From: a virus
Taxonomy: Duplodnaviria > Caudoviricetes
Virus record (IMG/VR): IMGVR_UViG_3300031963_000771
Coordinates: 1-27,365 of that record
Reading direction: 5' to 3' (one strand)
Length of the DNA stretch: 27,365 nt
Shown here one piece after another: positions 1 through 10,542 of the stretch. A program made the translations under genes and the position numbers. The notes beneath the pieces are model-generated. The model was not told where the DNA came from. It saw only the letters and a program-made list of their open reading frames with translations, and did no database searches. The first letter of the stretch is position 1; every line of letters starts with the position of its first letter.

Positions 1-2
1 GT

Positions 3-1319
3 ATCCGCTTGCTCAATCCATTTGGCGTTTACCCAGAGATTGACAGATTCGGTCGTACGATTTCTTTGACTCAGGTTATCCAGACCGATGCTGAAACATT
101 GGCATCGCAGTATCCAGAGTTTGCATCACAGATTATGCCCAAGACTTCTTTCACAATGGGCAGCCCTTATATCTCAATGGTTCGTTATCACGACAAAGAC
201 CAAGATGTTGTCTTCTTGCCAGATCGCGAGAACCTTGTTCTATCTAACTTGCCTAACCCAACAGGTAAGTGTATGGCTCGCGTTGCGGTTCGCTCATCTC
301 TTGACGGTGAAGCACGCGGTCAGTTCGATGATATCTTGGCAGTGCAACTCGCACGCGCTCGCTTTGCAGTATTGCAAATCCAAGCAGCAGAAAAATCTAT
401 TCAGGCACCTATTGCTATTCCGCAAGATGTACAAGAACTTGCGCTTGGTCCTGACTCCATTATGCGTTCAGCTAATCCACAGGCAATTCGTCGTGTACCG
501 CTAGAACTGCCACCTGGAGTATTCACAGAGTCTGGTGTTCTAGAACGTGAACTTCGTCTTGGCGCTCGCTACCCAGAAGTACGTAGCGGTAACGTTGATG
601 CTTCCATCATCACAGGTCGTGGAGTTCAAGCGCTACAGGCTGGCTTTGATACTCAGGTACGTGCAGCACAAGCACAGTTTGCACGCCTCTTTACTGAACT
701 TGTTTCTCTCTGCTTTGAAACAGATGAGAAAATCTTTGGCGCTATGACCAAGGAAATCAAGGGCGTTGACGACGGTACTCCATTCAATATGAAGTATGTA
801 CCAAGCCGTGCAATCAACGGTGAGTACGGAGTAGATGTTCGTTACGGCATTATGTCTGGAATGAATCCAAACAATGCCATCATTGCTTTGCTACAGATGC
901 GTAGCGATAAACTTGTATCACGTGATTATGTACGCCGCGAAATCCCAATGGAGCTAAATGTCACTCAAGAAGAACAGCGTGTGGATATTGAAGAGATGCG
1001 CGATTCTCTCCGTGTTGCTGTTGCTCAGTACGCCCAGGCAATTCCAGCGATTGCAGCACAAGGTCAAGATCCTTCTCAAATCGTTTCCAGAATCGCCGAA
1101 GTAATCAAGGGCCGTCAAAAAGGTTTACAACTAGAGACTATTGTGGAGAAGGTCTTTGCACCAGAGCCACAACCAGAAGTGCCAATGGGCGCAGAAGTTC
1201 CAGCAGCAGGTATGGCCCCCGTTCCTGCCTCGCAGCCAACTCCAGAACAAATGGGTGCGGCCCCTGCTGCTGGCTCTCGTCCAGACATTGCTACGTTACT
1301 CGCATCTATTGCAGGGTAG
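3..1319 (+). CDS. Phage portal (head-tail connector) protein, 5'-truncated by the window
   Basis: Frame is open from position 3. Podovirus-type portal features (G..N.DASIITGRGVQAL, helical C-terminal half, Pro/Gln/Ala-rich tail) and first position in the morphogenesis block. Family recognition from memory. Confidence 0.8.
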   Translation: MRLLNPFGVYPEIDRFGRTISLTQVIQTDAETLASQYPEFASQIMPKTSFTMGSPYISMVRYHDKDQDVVFLPDRENLVLSNLPNPTGKCMARVAVRSSLDGEARGQFDDILAVQLARARFAVLQIQAAEKSIQAPIAIPQDVQELALGPDSIMRSANPQAIRRVPLELPPGVFTESGVLERELRLGARYPEVRSGNVDASIITGRGVQALQAGFDTQVRAAQAQFARLFTELVSLCFETDEKIFGAMTKEIKGVDDGTPFNMKYVPSRAINGEYGVDVRYGIMSGMNPNNAIIALLQMRSDKLVSRDYVRREIPMELNVTQEEQRVDIEEMRDSLRVAVAQYAQAIPAIAAQGQDPSQIVSRIAEVIKGRQKGLQLETIVEKVFAPEPQPEVPMGAEVPAAGMAPVPASQPTPEQMGAAPAAGSRPDIATLLASIAG

Positions 1320-1330
1320 GGAGGTGTGAA

Positions 1331-1462
1331 ATGAAAAAAGGTGGTCGTGCAAAGGCTTCAACACAGAAGCCAACAGAAGGCTCAAAGAAGGCTCCAATGC
1401 CAAAAGGCGGCAAAGTTGCTTTTGGTTATGCAGCTAAGGCTCGTAAAGGCAAGAAGGCTTAG
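1331..1462 (+). CDS. Small Lys-rich basic protein, 43 aa (MKKGGRAKASTQKPTEGSKKAPMPKGGKVAFGYAAKARKGKKA)
   Basis: Not in the ORF track. ATG at 1331 follows a strong SD (GGAGGT), ends at TAG 1460-1462, and fills the gap after the portal. Confidence 0.75.
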   Translation: MKKGGRAKASTQKPTEGSKKAPMPKGGKVAFGYAAKARKGKKA

Positions 1463-1487
1463 GTATTACTTAGCGAGAGGATAGGGC

Positions 1488-1706
1488 GTGGAAGAAGAAC
1501 AAGACTATGTACCACGCTCTGTCTCTCTTGCTGATTTCTTAGTAGTTCTATCAGGATTTTTTGTAAACATAGTTAGAGCAGTAGAGATGCTCGCATCAGA
1601 GATTTTAGATTTAGCAGTGTATAACGCAAATAGAAAAACAAAAGTTTCTAAGGTATGGGAACAATTCACATCAGATTTAGAGAAGATGGAGGACGGTAAT
1701 GGCTGA
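1488..1706 (+). CDS. Hypothetical 72-aa protein, AT-rich, with one moderately hydrophobic stretch
   Basis: GTG start with GAGGA upstream; overlaps the next start; segment LADFLVVLSGFFVNIV. Confidence 0.6.
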   Translation: MEEEQDYVPRSVSLADFLVVLSGFFVNIVRAVEMLASEILDLAVYNANRKTKVSKVWEQFTSDLEKMEDGNG

Positions 1707-2109
1707 ACAACCAATGAATCCGTTGGCTGGAGTCGCAGGTCCTGGGCCATTTTCCACACGTACAGATCAACTCAACTTCCAATCAGATTACTATGGTCAA
1801 GGCGTTGAGAATAAGATGCTCAAAGAAGCAGCACCTCTTGCAAAGACACCAGATGTTCGCGGTGCTACTGCTACAGAAGTACGTCAAGCAGCAACACGTG
1901 AACCAATAACAGAACTTTTTGCTCCATCACAGCGTAAGGATGAACCTATTACTTCAGGTATTGATATTGGAGATGGACCTACATCTGCTGTTCTTGGGGC
2001 TAGACAACAAACAGAATCACTTTCATCCATCCTTGCCACAATGGTTCAATACGATACCAATGGAGAAATTGCTGCTTTATACGAGCAGGCCGTAGCTAGA
2101 GGATTGTAA
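1699..2109 (+). CDS. Hypothetical virion-associated protein (136 aa)
   Basis: SD GGAGG upstream; TAATG coupling to the next gene; lies in the morphogenesis block. Confidence 0.7.
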   Translation: MAEQPMNPLAGVAGPGPFSTRTDQLNFQSDYYGQGVENKMLKEAAPLAKTPDVRGATATEVRQAATREPITELFAPSQRKDEPITSGIDIGDGPTSAVLGARQQTESLSSILATMVQYDTNGEIAALYEQAVARGL

Positions 2110-5100
2110 TGTCCCAAAACATCAATAAGGGAAATATCTATCAAGCTGCTAAGCGAGCAAATCTGACTCCTCAACAGACTCAGAAAATCAACTCGCTTAC
2201 AGATATGTACTCACAGCACGTGCGGCTCAATAACCTGCCGCCATCTGTTGGTGCTGCTGAATATAATCAGTTGCCTATTGACCAACAAAAGGCACAGGCA
2301 GATTTCTTTGGTGGTATTGATGACACAGATCCCAAGCGTGGATTTATCGGTCAAGCCGCATACATCATCTCGCGTCCTGTTGTAGAACCAATCAAGGCTG
2401 TATTCAAGGCAGCAGGGTGGGCATCAGACCAAGTAACGCGTGCGTATCGTGTTGGTGCTATCGGTATTTCCGAAGGCGTAGATCTTGGAGATGCGTTTCA
2501 GCGTTCTGGTGCCAATGGTGAGCAGGTATTCAACCCTGGCAGAATTGAAAAAGTTGAGAAGACTTACGGTCGTGACCGTACAAATATCGCCAAGAAGATT
2601 TCTGCAGGTATTCCGCTAGACCAAATCATTCGTGAAGCACAGACTGAGAACGAGAAGGCTCTTGCATTTGCCGCTGGTTCTAAAGAAGGCGACAAACTTA
2701 CAGAAGAAGCAGTAGCAAAAGTCAATGCTGCTAAGTATTCTCCAGGCCGTCAAGTTGCTAACGCGTTCTTGCCAGATGACCTAGAAGGTAAGTCTGGTAT
2801 CTATTCGTGGATTTCAGGTACAACAGATGCTGCATTCCGTATCTTTTTAGATCCTACAATTTTACTAGGTAAAGCTCGCAAGGGCTATCTAGGTATGAAG
2901 TATGCTCTTGACAAGACAGTTGGTACTGCTGAAAAAGTAGAAGATGCTTTCAAGAACAAAGGCATTGAAAACTTTTGGACAGAGTTTACAAAGACCACAA
3001 AAGATTTACGCGACGCTCGCATTGCTAATAATGCAGAAAAGATTGGGCAGGCTACAGGTCGCCTACGCGCTCTCAATCCAGCCTTTGCTGAGAATGGTGT
3101 AGACAGCGCTCTCATCAAGTTCGCTAACGAAGACTTTGGCGGAATCCTTGATGTCAACACTGCTAAGGCTTTTCTCTCTAACGCACAGCGTATTGAACCA
3201 ATCTTTTACGGACAACCTGGTTTCAGAACCAAGGTTATGCCTATCTTGTCACCAGCACGCAAGGCTAAACTTGCGGTCTATGATAAAGCTGGAGCAGTCT
3301 TTGATCTCAATAAAGACTCTGCAAACTTCTTGCGTAACATCGTATTTGATGAGGCAGATGCCCAAGGCATCTCAAGCCTAGAGGCCGCACGTCGTTCTCT
3401 TCTTGGACGTGAAGGTGAGTCTGCTGTTGCAGCAGGTGCTAGAACTGCTGAACGCATTACCAAGGCAGAATCAGAGCAGAAACTTGCTCGTTTCTCTATC
3501 GCTGGAATCAATAAGCGTCTAGATAATTTTACTCGTAAGTTTGCTCTCATTCCAGATATGGATGAACTAGGCAACTTCGCATCAGAGAAGTCAGCGCTAG
3601 CATTTGAGCGCTACGCACGTCTTGTATATGGACGTTACTCAAGCCGTATTCTTGGTGATGCTTACAAGCAAGCCAACATCGGTCAGCGTCGTGAGATGTT
3701 CATTGGTCTGCAGTCTGCCGTAGGTGAACTACGTGGACTACGCGGTACACAAGGTGGACGCAAACTTCTAGATTCTCTTGGTGCAGTAGGCCGCGATGCT
3801 GTCTATACTAACCGCGTTGTTACACCCGACAATCCAGATGGAGTTATTCCATCACAAGTCAATGGTGTTGACTCTGCTGCTTATGCTTATCAGCTCAATG
3901 ATCGCCTAGCATTTATTACACCAGATCAATTAGACAAGTTTGGTGCTCGTGATGGATTTTTAGCACGAGTTTGGGGTACTCAGTATTCCAAAGCTGCAGA
4001 TGATGCAACATCTACATTCGTTACAGGTACTCTTGTAGGATTTAGGTTTCCGATTCGTAACGCAATCGAAGATTATTTATTCAGCCTTGCTAATGGCAGA
4101 GGTGTAATTCGTAGCGCGAAAGATATTGTCAAGGCTAGAGGAGTTGCCAAGAAGGTAATTCAGGCTAGCGAAGATTTGAACTTTGCAGTCCTCAACCGTT
4201 ATGCCAAGGCAAAAGATACAGACAATCTATTGGCCCGTATGAACGCTATTGATAACGGATCAGAACTACGTTGGAACGCAACAACCAAGACGTGGGACAA
4301 GGTGGATGACGTATTCAGGTCACCTGCTCAAAAAGAAGAAGCCAAGCGAAAAGTAATGGGAGAAGCACTTCTTCGTGAGAACTTCAACGATGCCCAGATT
4401 GGTAAGTTTGGCAGCGACTTTGACCGCTATGCCTATGAGTTTGCAATGTATGGCGACTACGAGAACCTTCTCAAAGGCGCATCCGAAGGCGCATACAACC
4501 TCAACGCTGGTAATGATTTCTTCTCTCGTGCAAAGCGCCTTAGCCGTAAGCACGGTAAGGTCGTAGATTTTGAAATAGATGGCGAGGCTTACAAGCGTGC
4601 CTATGGTTCTTTTACAGAACTTTCACCGCTAAGCCAAGAAGGTCGTCTTGCTTGGGCTTTCCAGATTGCAGCCAAAGCAAATGACGAAATTGGCTCTGCG
4701 GGATTGAAACTTCTTGCTCAGTACAGAGGAGATCGCACAGGTTTTATCAACGCTCTTGCCAAGATAATTGATACAGACCCAAAGATTTCTAAGTTGAAGC
4801 CACGCTTTGACCGTTATGTCGACGAGACATACACATCTCAACAGCACGCAGCAGTTATCTATGACGATTTGGCTACAATGCTTGGCAAAGCAGATGGCAG
4901 TATCAACGATGATTTGCTTGATAAGTTGGTAACGCTCAAAGATGACGGCGATTACGCCATCAATATGAAGGATTTCAAGACCGAATGGCTGCCAAAGGGC
5001 CGTGCAGATGTACCAGCGACCATCAGTGGACCGCTTTTTATCCCAGCAACACAGTCAAAGAACATTATCTCTGACCTCAACACTCGTCTATGGGACTGGC

Positions 5101-6884
5101 TTGGAGATGCGAACGCACGTTTATCACGTGACCAGCTAGTTCTTGATGCCGCTTTTGACATCCGCAAGGAGTTACAGCCATATCTTGATGACCTGTCCAA
5201 GAAGATAGGCGAGAAGGCTGCAACTCAGCAGATCGTTGAGATGTCACAGAACCTTGCTATTGAGCGAGTGATGGCATTCGTAGATAATCCAGCCGTTCGT
5301 ACACAGATGGCGTGGTCAATGCGTAACTTTGCACGTTTCTATCGTGCAACAGAAGACGCTTACCGCCGTGCATATCGCACAGTCAAGTACAACCCAGAGG
5401 CTTTGCAGAAGATTGCCTTGACATACGAAGGCGTAAGCCATTCAGGTTTCGTACAACGCGATGACCAAGGTGAGGCATACTTCATCTACCCAGGTTTGGC
5501 TCCAGTTTATGGCGCAGTCAACAAGATGCTCAATGTCTTTGGTCTTGGAGACAAGTTTGTAGCACCAATGCCATTGCAGTTTGGTTCATCCTTGAAGATG
5601 CTCACACCATCTGCAAATCCTGACTCGTGGTTGCCTACATTTTCAGGACCACTTTCTGGGCTAACGCTCAAAGCTATTTACAATATAACAGGTTTCTTAT
5701 CTGAGTCTGATATTCCTGTAATGGCTAGAGTTGCCAAGGAAATCAAATCTACAGAGCAGTACACACTTGGTGATATCGGAGAAGGACAGTCGTTCTTCCA
5801 GTCTGCATTGCCAGGCCACGTCAATCGTCTTATTGCTACCCTTGATAAAGATGAGCGCGATAGCCAATATGCTTCAGCTTTCCGCAAAGCGGTTACGTAC
5901 CTAGAAGCAGGCGGTCATACGCCATCAGCAACGGCAACTCCTGGTGAACTTATTGAATACCAGAAGAAGTTGAAATCAACTATTACAGCAGTCTTAGGTG
6001 TTCGTTTTATCCTAGGCTTTATTTCACCAGCATCACCAACCACAACACTCAAGAGTGATATGGCTGAGTGGGTTCGTGAAAACGATCGCGTCAACTTCAA
6101 ACAAGTATTCTCTAAGTTGATTGACCAGTACAGCGATACCAATGATCCTGTTGGAAATGCTATGGCAGATTGGGTCAAGTATTACCCAGAGCAAGTTCCA
6201 TACGTTATCAATGAGTCTGACCCTGTATTCCAAGCACGAGTCAAGACTTCTAACGCGGCAGCAAACTGGGTCGATGACAACAGCGAACTCATCAAGAAGT
6301 ACCCAGAAGGTGCAGCATTCTTGATGCCACAGTCTGGAACATTCTCGTGGGAGGCTTACCAGTTCCTCAAGGACAACGGATACCGCGAGACTAAACTCGT
6401 TGGCGACTTCCTCAAAGAAACTTTCGTGGCAAAGTCCAAGCAGTTCTATTACATCCAGCGCGATAAGTACGAAGAGGCGCTACAGAATGTTGGAACTGAC
6501 CGCGAGCGTAAGCAACTCAACGAGGCTTGGGATGCTTGGTCTAAAGAGTTCAAGCAGACCAGACCGCTTCTACAAGAAGAGTTTGCTAACTCTGCAGCTA
6601 ACAACGTCAAGCGTATGGCTGCCTATAAAGATCTCAAAACAATGCTTGATGAAACCAAGATAGCTTCACCAGCGGCTAATGCTATCCGCAAGATGGTCCA
6701 ACTATACGATGACTATAAGTTGCAGATTGATACAGTCTATAACAGCCGTAGCGAAGCAGACATCAATGCACGTGAAATTCTTCGTACAGCAACGCTTTCC
6801 CAGATGCAAGACATTGCAGCTTCAAATCCAAACGCTAGCGGTGTCTATGACATCCTATTTAGCAACTTCTTGAGAGGAGACTAA
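2109..6884 (+). CDS. Large probable internal virion (DNA ejection) protein, 1591 aa
   Basis: Very long, Ala-rich, helical, Cys-free ORF between portal and capsid genes, typical of podovirus ejection proteins. No catalytic motif recognised; function inferred. Confidence 0.65.
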   Translation: MSQNINKGNIYQAAKRANLTPQQTQKINSLTDMYSQHVRLNNLPPSVGAAEYNQLPIDQQKAQADFFGGIDDTDPKRGFIGQAAYIISRPVVEPIKAVFKAAGWASDQVTRAYRVGAIGISEGVDLGDAFQRSGANGEQVFNPGRIEKVEKTYGRDRTNIAKKISAGIPLDQIIREAQTENEKALAFAAGSKEGDKLTEEAVAKVNAAKYSPGRQVANAFLPDDLEGKSGIYSWISGTTDAAFRIFLDPTILLGKARKGYLGMKYALDKTVGTAEKVEDAFKNKGIENFWTEFTKTTKDLRDARIANNAEKIGQATGRLRALNPAFAENGVDSALIKFANEDFGGILDVNTAKAFLSNAQRIEPIFYGQPGFRTKVMPILSPARKAKLAVYDKAGAVFDLNKDSANFLRNIVFDEADAQGISSLEAARRSLLGREGESAVAAGARTAERITKAESEQKLARFSIAGINKRLDNFTRKFALIPDMDELGNFASEKSALAFERYARLVYGRYSSRILGDAYKQANIGQRREMFIGLQSAVGELRGLRGTQGGRKLLDSLGAVGRDAVYTNRVVTPDNPDGVIPSQVNGVDSAAYAYQLNDRLAFITPDQLDKFGARDGFLARVWGTQYSKAADDATSTFVTGTLVGFRFPIRNAIEDYLFSLANGRGVIRSAKDIVKARGVAKKVIQASEDLNFAVLNRYAKAKDTDNLLARMNAIDNGSELRWNATTKTWDKVDDVFRSPAQKEEAKRKVMGEALLRENFNDAQIGKFGSDFDRYAYEFAMYGDYENLLKGASEGAYNLNAGNDFFSRAKRLSRKHGKVVDFEIDGEAYKRAYGSFTELSPLSQEGRLAWAFQIAAKANDEIGSAGLKLLAQYRGDRTGFINALAKIIDTDPKISKLKPRFDRYVDETYTSQQHAAVIYDDLATMLGKADGSINDDLLDKLVTLKDDGDYAINMKDFKTEWLPKGRADVPATISGPLFIPATQSKNIISDLNTRLWDWLGDANARLSRDQLVLDAAFDIRKELQPYLDDLSKKIGEKAATQQIVEMSQNLAIERVMAFVDNPAVRTQMAWSMRNFARFYRATEDAYRRAYRTVKYNPEALQKIALTYEGVSHSGFVQRDDQGEAYFIYPGLAPVYGAVNKMLNVFGLGDKFVAPMPLQFGSSLKMLTPSANPDSWLPTFSGPLSGLTLKAIYNITGFLSESDIPVMARVAKEIKSTEQYTLGDIGEGQSFFQSALPGHVNRLIATLDKDERDSQYASAFRKAVTYLEAGGHTPSATATPGELIEYQKKLKSTITAVLGVRFILGFISPASPTTTLKSDMAEWVRENDRVNFKQVFSKLIDQYSDTNDPVGNAMADWVKYYPEQVPYVINESDPVFQARVKTSNAAANWVDDNSELIKKYPEGAAFLMPQSGTFSWEAYQFLKDNGYRETKLVGDFLKETFVAKSKQFYYIQRDKYEEALQNVGTDRERKQLNEAWDAWSKEFKQTRPLLQEEFANSAANNVKRMAAYKDLKTMLDETKIASPAANAIRKMVQLYDDYKLQIDTVYNSRSEADINAREILRTATLSQMQDIAASNPNASGVYDILFSNFLRGD

Positions 6885-7643
6885 GTGAGCCTACAAGGTT
6901 TCACCCCGCCATCTGGCGCTTCTAAGACTGGAATCATTACAGGATCAACACCTTCAGTAGGTGGAGCACGTCTCCCACTAATTGGACCTGGTGGTACAGG
7001 AACTGGCGGTATTGCCAAGAAGTCTACTTTTAGTTCAACCAGCGCAAAGCAGATTGTTTCAGACTATCGAAGAATGACACCAGCCTTTCGTAAGGCTTTG
7101 TCTCAAAAACTCAAGGATGCTGGTTATCAGACACCTGTAACAGGAGAATACAGTGGAGCTGTACGTCAAGCGTTGCTTGATGCCTATAGTGACCTTAGTG
7201 CTGAAATCACATACCTTGCTAACAATGATCCAGCATTCCTAGAGACAAACAAGGTCGACCTCAATTCGTTCCTAGGTCAACGTTCTGCTGGCGGTGGCGG
7301 TGGAGAACGTAAGCCATCTACTTACATCACTAAGACTAATATCCGCCCTGAAACTCTTGAGGCTACAATCGATGAGGTAGTCCGTTCATATACTGGTCGT
7401 GGTGCTACTGCCGAAGAGATTGCAAAGTGGTCTGAAAAAATCAATACACGCTTGGCAAAGCCAAGCAGTTTTGCTGAGACTACATATACCCCACAGGGTG
7501 AAACAACAACATTTCAAGAAGTGACTCCAGCCTTTTCGCCAAAAGAGTATCTATTCCAGCAGATTGCCAAGACTGACGAGGCTAAGGCTAACAAGGTCTT
7601 CGGTTTTTACAATGCTTTCAAGAGAGCGCTAGGTGTTAGCTAA
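6885..7643 (+). CDS. Probable internal virion protein (252 aa) with a degenerate peptidoglycan-binding-like motif
   Basis: GTG start directly after the previous stop, SD GAGGAG; motif KALSQKLKDAGYQTPVTGEYSGAVRQAL. Confidence 0.6.
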   Translation: MSLQGFTPPSGASKTGIITGSTPSVGGARLPLIGPGGTGTGGIAKKSTFSSTSAKQIVSDYRRMTPAFRKALSQKLKDAGYQTPVTGEYSGAVRQALLDAYSDLSAEITYLANNDPAFLETNKVDLNSFLGQRSAGGGGGERKPSTYITKTNIRPETLEATIDEVVRSYTGRGATAEEIAKWSEKINTRLAKPSSFAETTYTPQGETTTFQEVTPAFSPKEYLFQQIAKTDEAKANKVFGFYNAFKRALGVS

Positions 7644-9307
7644 TGGCATTCAAGGCTTCAGACTATCCAGAAATTCGCAAAGCATCAGAAGAATATGATG
7701 TTGCAAAAGCCGAATTTCAAAAACTTGATCGCCAACTCAGCGAAACTCAAACGACATCTAAGGAATATAAACCATTATTAGAGCGTCGCAATGAAGCGAA
7801 GGCAAAAGTAGACTATGCCCTAAAATGGTATAAAGGTTTAGTAGAAAAGCGCAAGACTGCATACGAAGAGCAACAGCAAAAAAACAAATACTCAAGTATG
7901 CTAAAGAGTAACAAAGCAAAACTCAAGGTACTTGAGGATGATTTACAACGAGCCAAAGATAAGGGTGAAGATACCACTTCTATACAGTCTGCAATAAATA
8001 AAATCATTGGTAGTACTGAAGAATTAGAAGGTAAACTTGACGAGGTGGGCAAAAATAAGCGCCCAACAGGTGTACCCAAGGATGCTAAGTTCAATACTGT
8101 TACAGGCAACTGGGAATCTGGCGACCAGAAGTGGGATACTAGCGGTCAAGCAGTAACTAAAATTACAACCAAAGAAGTCAAGGGTGCTAAAGGCGGAACC
8201 CCAACAAAGGGAACTATGCCAGAGTTTCCTACTGGCGGACCAACTGGAACGGGTATTGTTGGTGCAGGCTTTGACCCAGGACGATTCCGTATGGGCGAAG
8301 AAGCATCTATGGGCGCTGCAAAGCCAGTAATCTCAACAACACCTACTGCAACTCCATTTGAAAAGATTATGGCAGAGGCCGTCAAGTTATATGGCGGTAT
8401 TGATGAAATCTTCTCGACAGATGAAGAACTCAAGAATCTTCTTACTCGCGCAATCGGCGATCCTGCATCTGCTAAAGACGATATGGAAGAAGAGCAGTTC
8501 ATCAATCTTCTGCAGAATACGCAGTGGTATAAGACTAACTCTGGACCTATCCGTCAACGCGGTTTTGAGAAGCGTCAATACGATGCACTTGTCAAGAAAC
8601 TCAAGACAGATGACCCACAGTACAAGGCTAAGATTGAAGAACTCAATCGCACATCTGCCTATGGTCGTGGATTACAAGATGTCGTAGACATCCTGCGTGA
8701 GAACGCAACCAGACTCGGCAGACAGATTAGCGATGATGACCTAAGAGTTATCGCTGCTGGTATCTATGACTATGCCAATGAAGATGATGCAGTCAAGATT
8801 CGTAATGCAATCCTAGGCGCTGGAACATTTGGCGCTGGTAAGGGTATTGTCAGTGGTGCTGCAGGTCAGAACCTAACAACCCTACGAGCAGTAGCTCGTG
8901 CTAATGGATTCGACCTTGACACCGTATTCAAAGACTCAGTAGATACGTGGCTTGACAAGATTGCCAAGGGTGAGTCTATCGAGACATTCAAGAGCGTCAT
9001 CCGCAATACCGCTAAGGCTGGCTTGCCAGATAGAGTTGCAAGTCTTCTAGACCAAGGCGTAGACCTTGAAACTATTTATAGCCCTTACAAGAGAATTATG
9101 AGTGCTGTCCTTGAGGTAAGCCCAGAATCAATTAGTCTCAATGACCCAACTCTTCGTATGGGCATTGGACCAGACAAAGAAGTTTCTCTTTACGAGTATC
9201 AACGTATGCTCCGAAAAGACCCACGTTGGCAGTACACCAATAACGCTCGTGAAGATGTTTCAAATAGCGTACTAACAGTTGCACGTAACTTCGGATTCCA
9301 GGGGTAA
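7643..9307 (+). CDS. Probable internal virion protein (554 aa): coiled-coil N-terminus, Gly/Thr/Pro linker, helical C-terminal domain
   Basis: TAATG coupling; composition and position in the ejection-protein block. Confidence 0.6.
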   Translation: MAFKASDYPEIRKASEEYDVAKAEFQKLDRQLSETQTTSKEYKPLLERRNEAKAKVDYALKWYKGLVEKRKTAYEEQQQKNKYSSMLKSNKAKLKVLEDDLQRAKDKGEDTTSIQSAINKIIGSTEELEGKLDEVGKNKRPTGVPKDAKFNTVTGNWESGDQKWDTSGQAVTKITTKEVKGAKGGTPTKGTMPEFPTGGPTGTGIVGAGFDPGRFRMGEEASMGAAKPVISTTPTATPFEKIMAEAVKLYGGIDEIFSTDEELKNLLTRAIGDPASAKDDMEEEQFINLLQNTQWYKTNSGPIRQRGFEKRQYDALVKKLKTDDPQYKAKIEELNRTSAYGRGLQDVVDILRENATRLGRQISDDDLRVIAAGIYDYANEDDAVKIRNAILGAGTFGAGKGIVSGAAGQNLTTLRAVARANGFDLDTVFKDSVDTWLDKIAKGESIETFKSVIRNTAKAGLPDRVASLLDQGVDLETIYSPYKRIMSAVLEVSPESISLNDPTLRMGIGPDKEVSLYEYQRMLRKDPRWQYTNNAREDVSNSVLTVARNFGFQG

Positions 9308-9309
9308 CA

Positions 9310-10542
9310 ATGGCAGAACAAGTATTACCACCAGGCTTTACAGCCGCTACTGAACTTCCAGAGAAGTACAGAGGATTCTTTGGTAACCCAGAAAACTTAC
9401 TTGGCTACAAGGTTACTCAATATAAAGATCCCGATACTGGCAAGACATACTCCAGACTAAGTGTCTCTCAAAAAGGTGCTTATGGTCAGGCTGTAAGTGG
9501 TTCGTCTGAGTTTGGCGCTGGATTTACCGAAGAAGGCGGGTCTTTAGTTTCTTATAGGCCAGGCGGAGTTCCTGGTGGAGATAATAAACCAGGTTCTAAT
9601 ACTCCTGGGACAGCAACATATACCGCTACGGATGGAAAGTCTTTTACTAATGCAGACGCGTATACGGCGTATCAGGCAAACCTCGATACACAAAAAGGCC
9701 AGCGTCAGTCTGCGTACGATTTGCTCTATACTCAGTTTGCTCAGTATGGACTACAGTCTCTTGTCGAGCCACTCAAGAATCTAATCCAAGAAGGTGTATC
9801 TCCGTCAGAGTTCACACTCCGTCTTCGTGAGACAGATGCCTACAAGAAGCGCTTTGCTGCTAATCAGACCCGTGTCAACCAAGGTCTTCGTGCGCTATCA
9901 GAAGCTGAATACATTGGTCTTGAAGACCAGTACCAAGACATTATGCGCCGCTATGGTATGCCAGAGTCTTATTACAAGAAGGGTGACCTAGGAACTCAAG
10001 CAGGATTTGAGAAGTTTATCGGCTTTGATGTATCACCTGTTGAACTAGAAGACCGTATTCAGACTGCACAGTCACGAGTCTTTGATGCTAACCCAGAGGT
10101 TGCTGCTACTCTCAAGCAGTTCTATCCAGGAATCACTAACGGTGACATTCTTGCTTATGTTCTTGATCCTAAGAGTGCATTACCAGAACTCAAGCGCAAG
10201 ATTACTGCTGCTGAAATTGGAGCAGGCGCAAAGATTGCTGGACTTGCAACAGGACTTGAGCGTGCAACAGAACTTGCTTCCTATGGTGTCACCAAGGAAC
10301 AAGCACAACAAGGTTTCCAAACAATCGCAGATATCGTCCCACGAGGCGGTCAACTCGCTTCTATCTACGGAGAACCTGCTTATACACAAACAACCGCAGA
10401 ACAAGAAGTCTTCGGACTTGCTGGAGCAACAGAAGCAGCCAAGCAGCGTAGGAAACTAACCGCGCTTGAGCAAGCATCATTCTCTGGCACAAGCGGTATG
10501 GCTGGCACAGCGCTAGGGCGCGAGAGAGCTGGTCAATTCTAA
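9310..10542 (+). CDS. Probable internal virion protein (410 aa)
   Basis: Ala/Gln/Gly-rich helical C-terminus; last gene of the block before the scaffold. Confidence 0.6.
   Translation: MAEQVLPPGFTAATELPEKYRGFFGNPENLLGYKVTQYKDPDTGKTYSRLSVSQKGAYGQAVSGSSEFGAGFTEEGGSLVSYRPGGVPGGDNKPGSNTPGTATYTATDGKSFTNADAYTAYQANLDTQKGQRQSAYDLLYTQFAQYGLQSLVEPLKNLIQEGVSPSEFTLRLRETDAYKKRFAANQTRVNQGLRALSEAEYIGLEDQYQDIMRRYGMPESYYKKGDLGTQAGFEKFIGFDVSPVELEDRIQTAQSRVFDANPEVAATLKQFYPGITNGDILAYVLDPKSALPELKRKITAAEIGAGAKIAGLATGLERATELASYGVTKEQAQQGFQTIADIVPRGGQLASIYGEPAYTQTTAEQEVFGLAGATEAAKQRRKLTALEQASFSGTSGMAGTALGRERAGQF

Noticed and set aside
2109-6884. Possible virion RNA polymerase, ADP-ribosyltransferase or lytic transglycosylase domain in the 1591-aa protein
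   Set aside because: I recognised no convincing catalytic motif by eye; a profile or structure search is needed.
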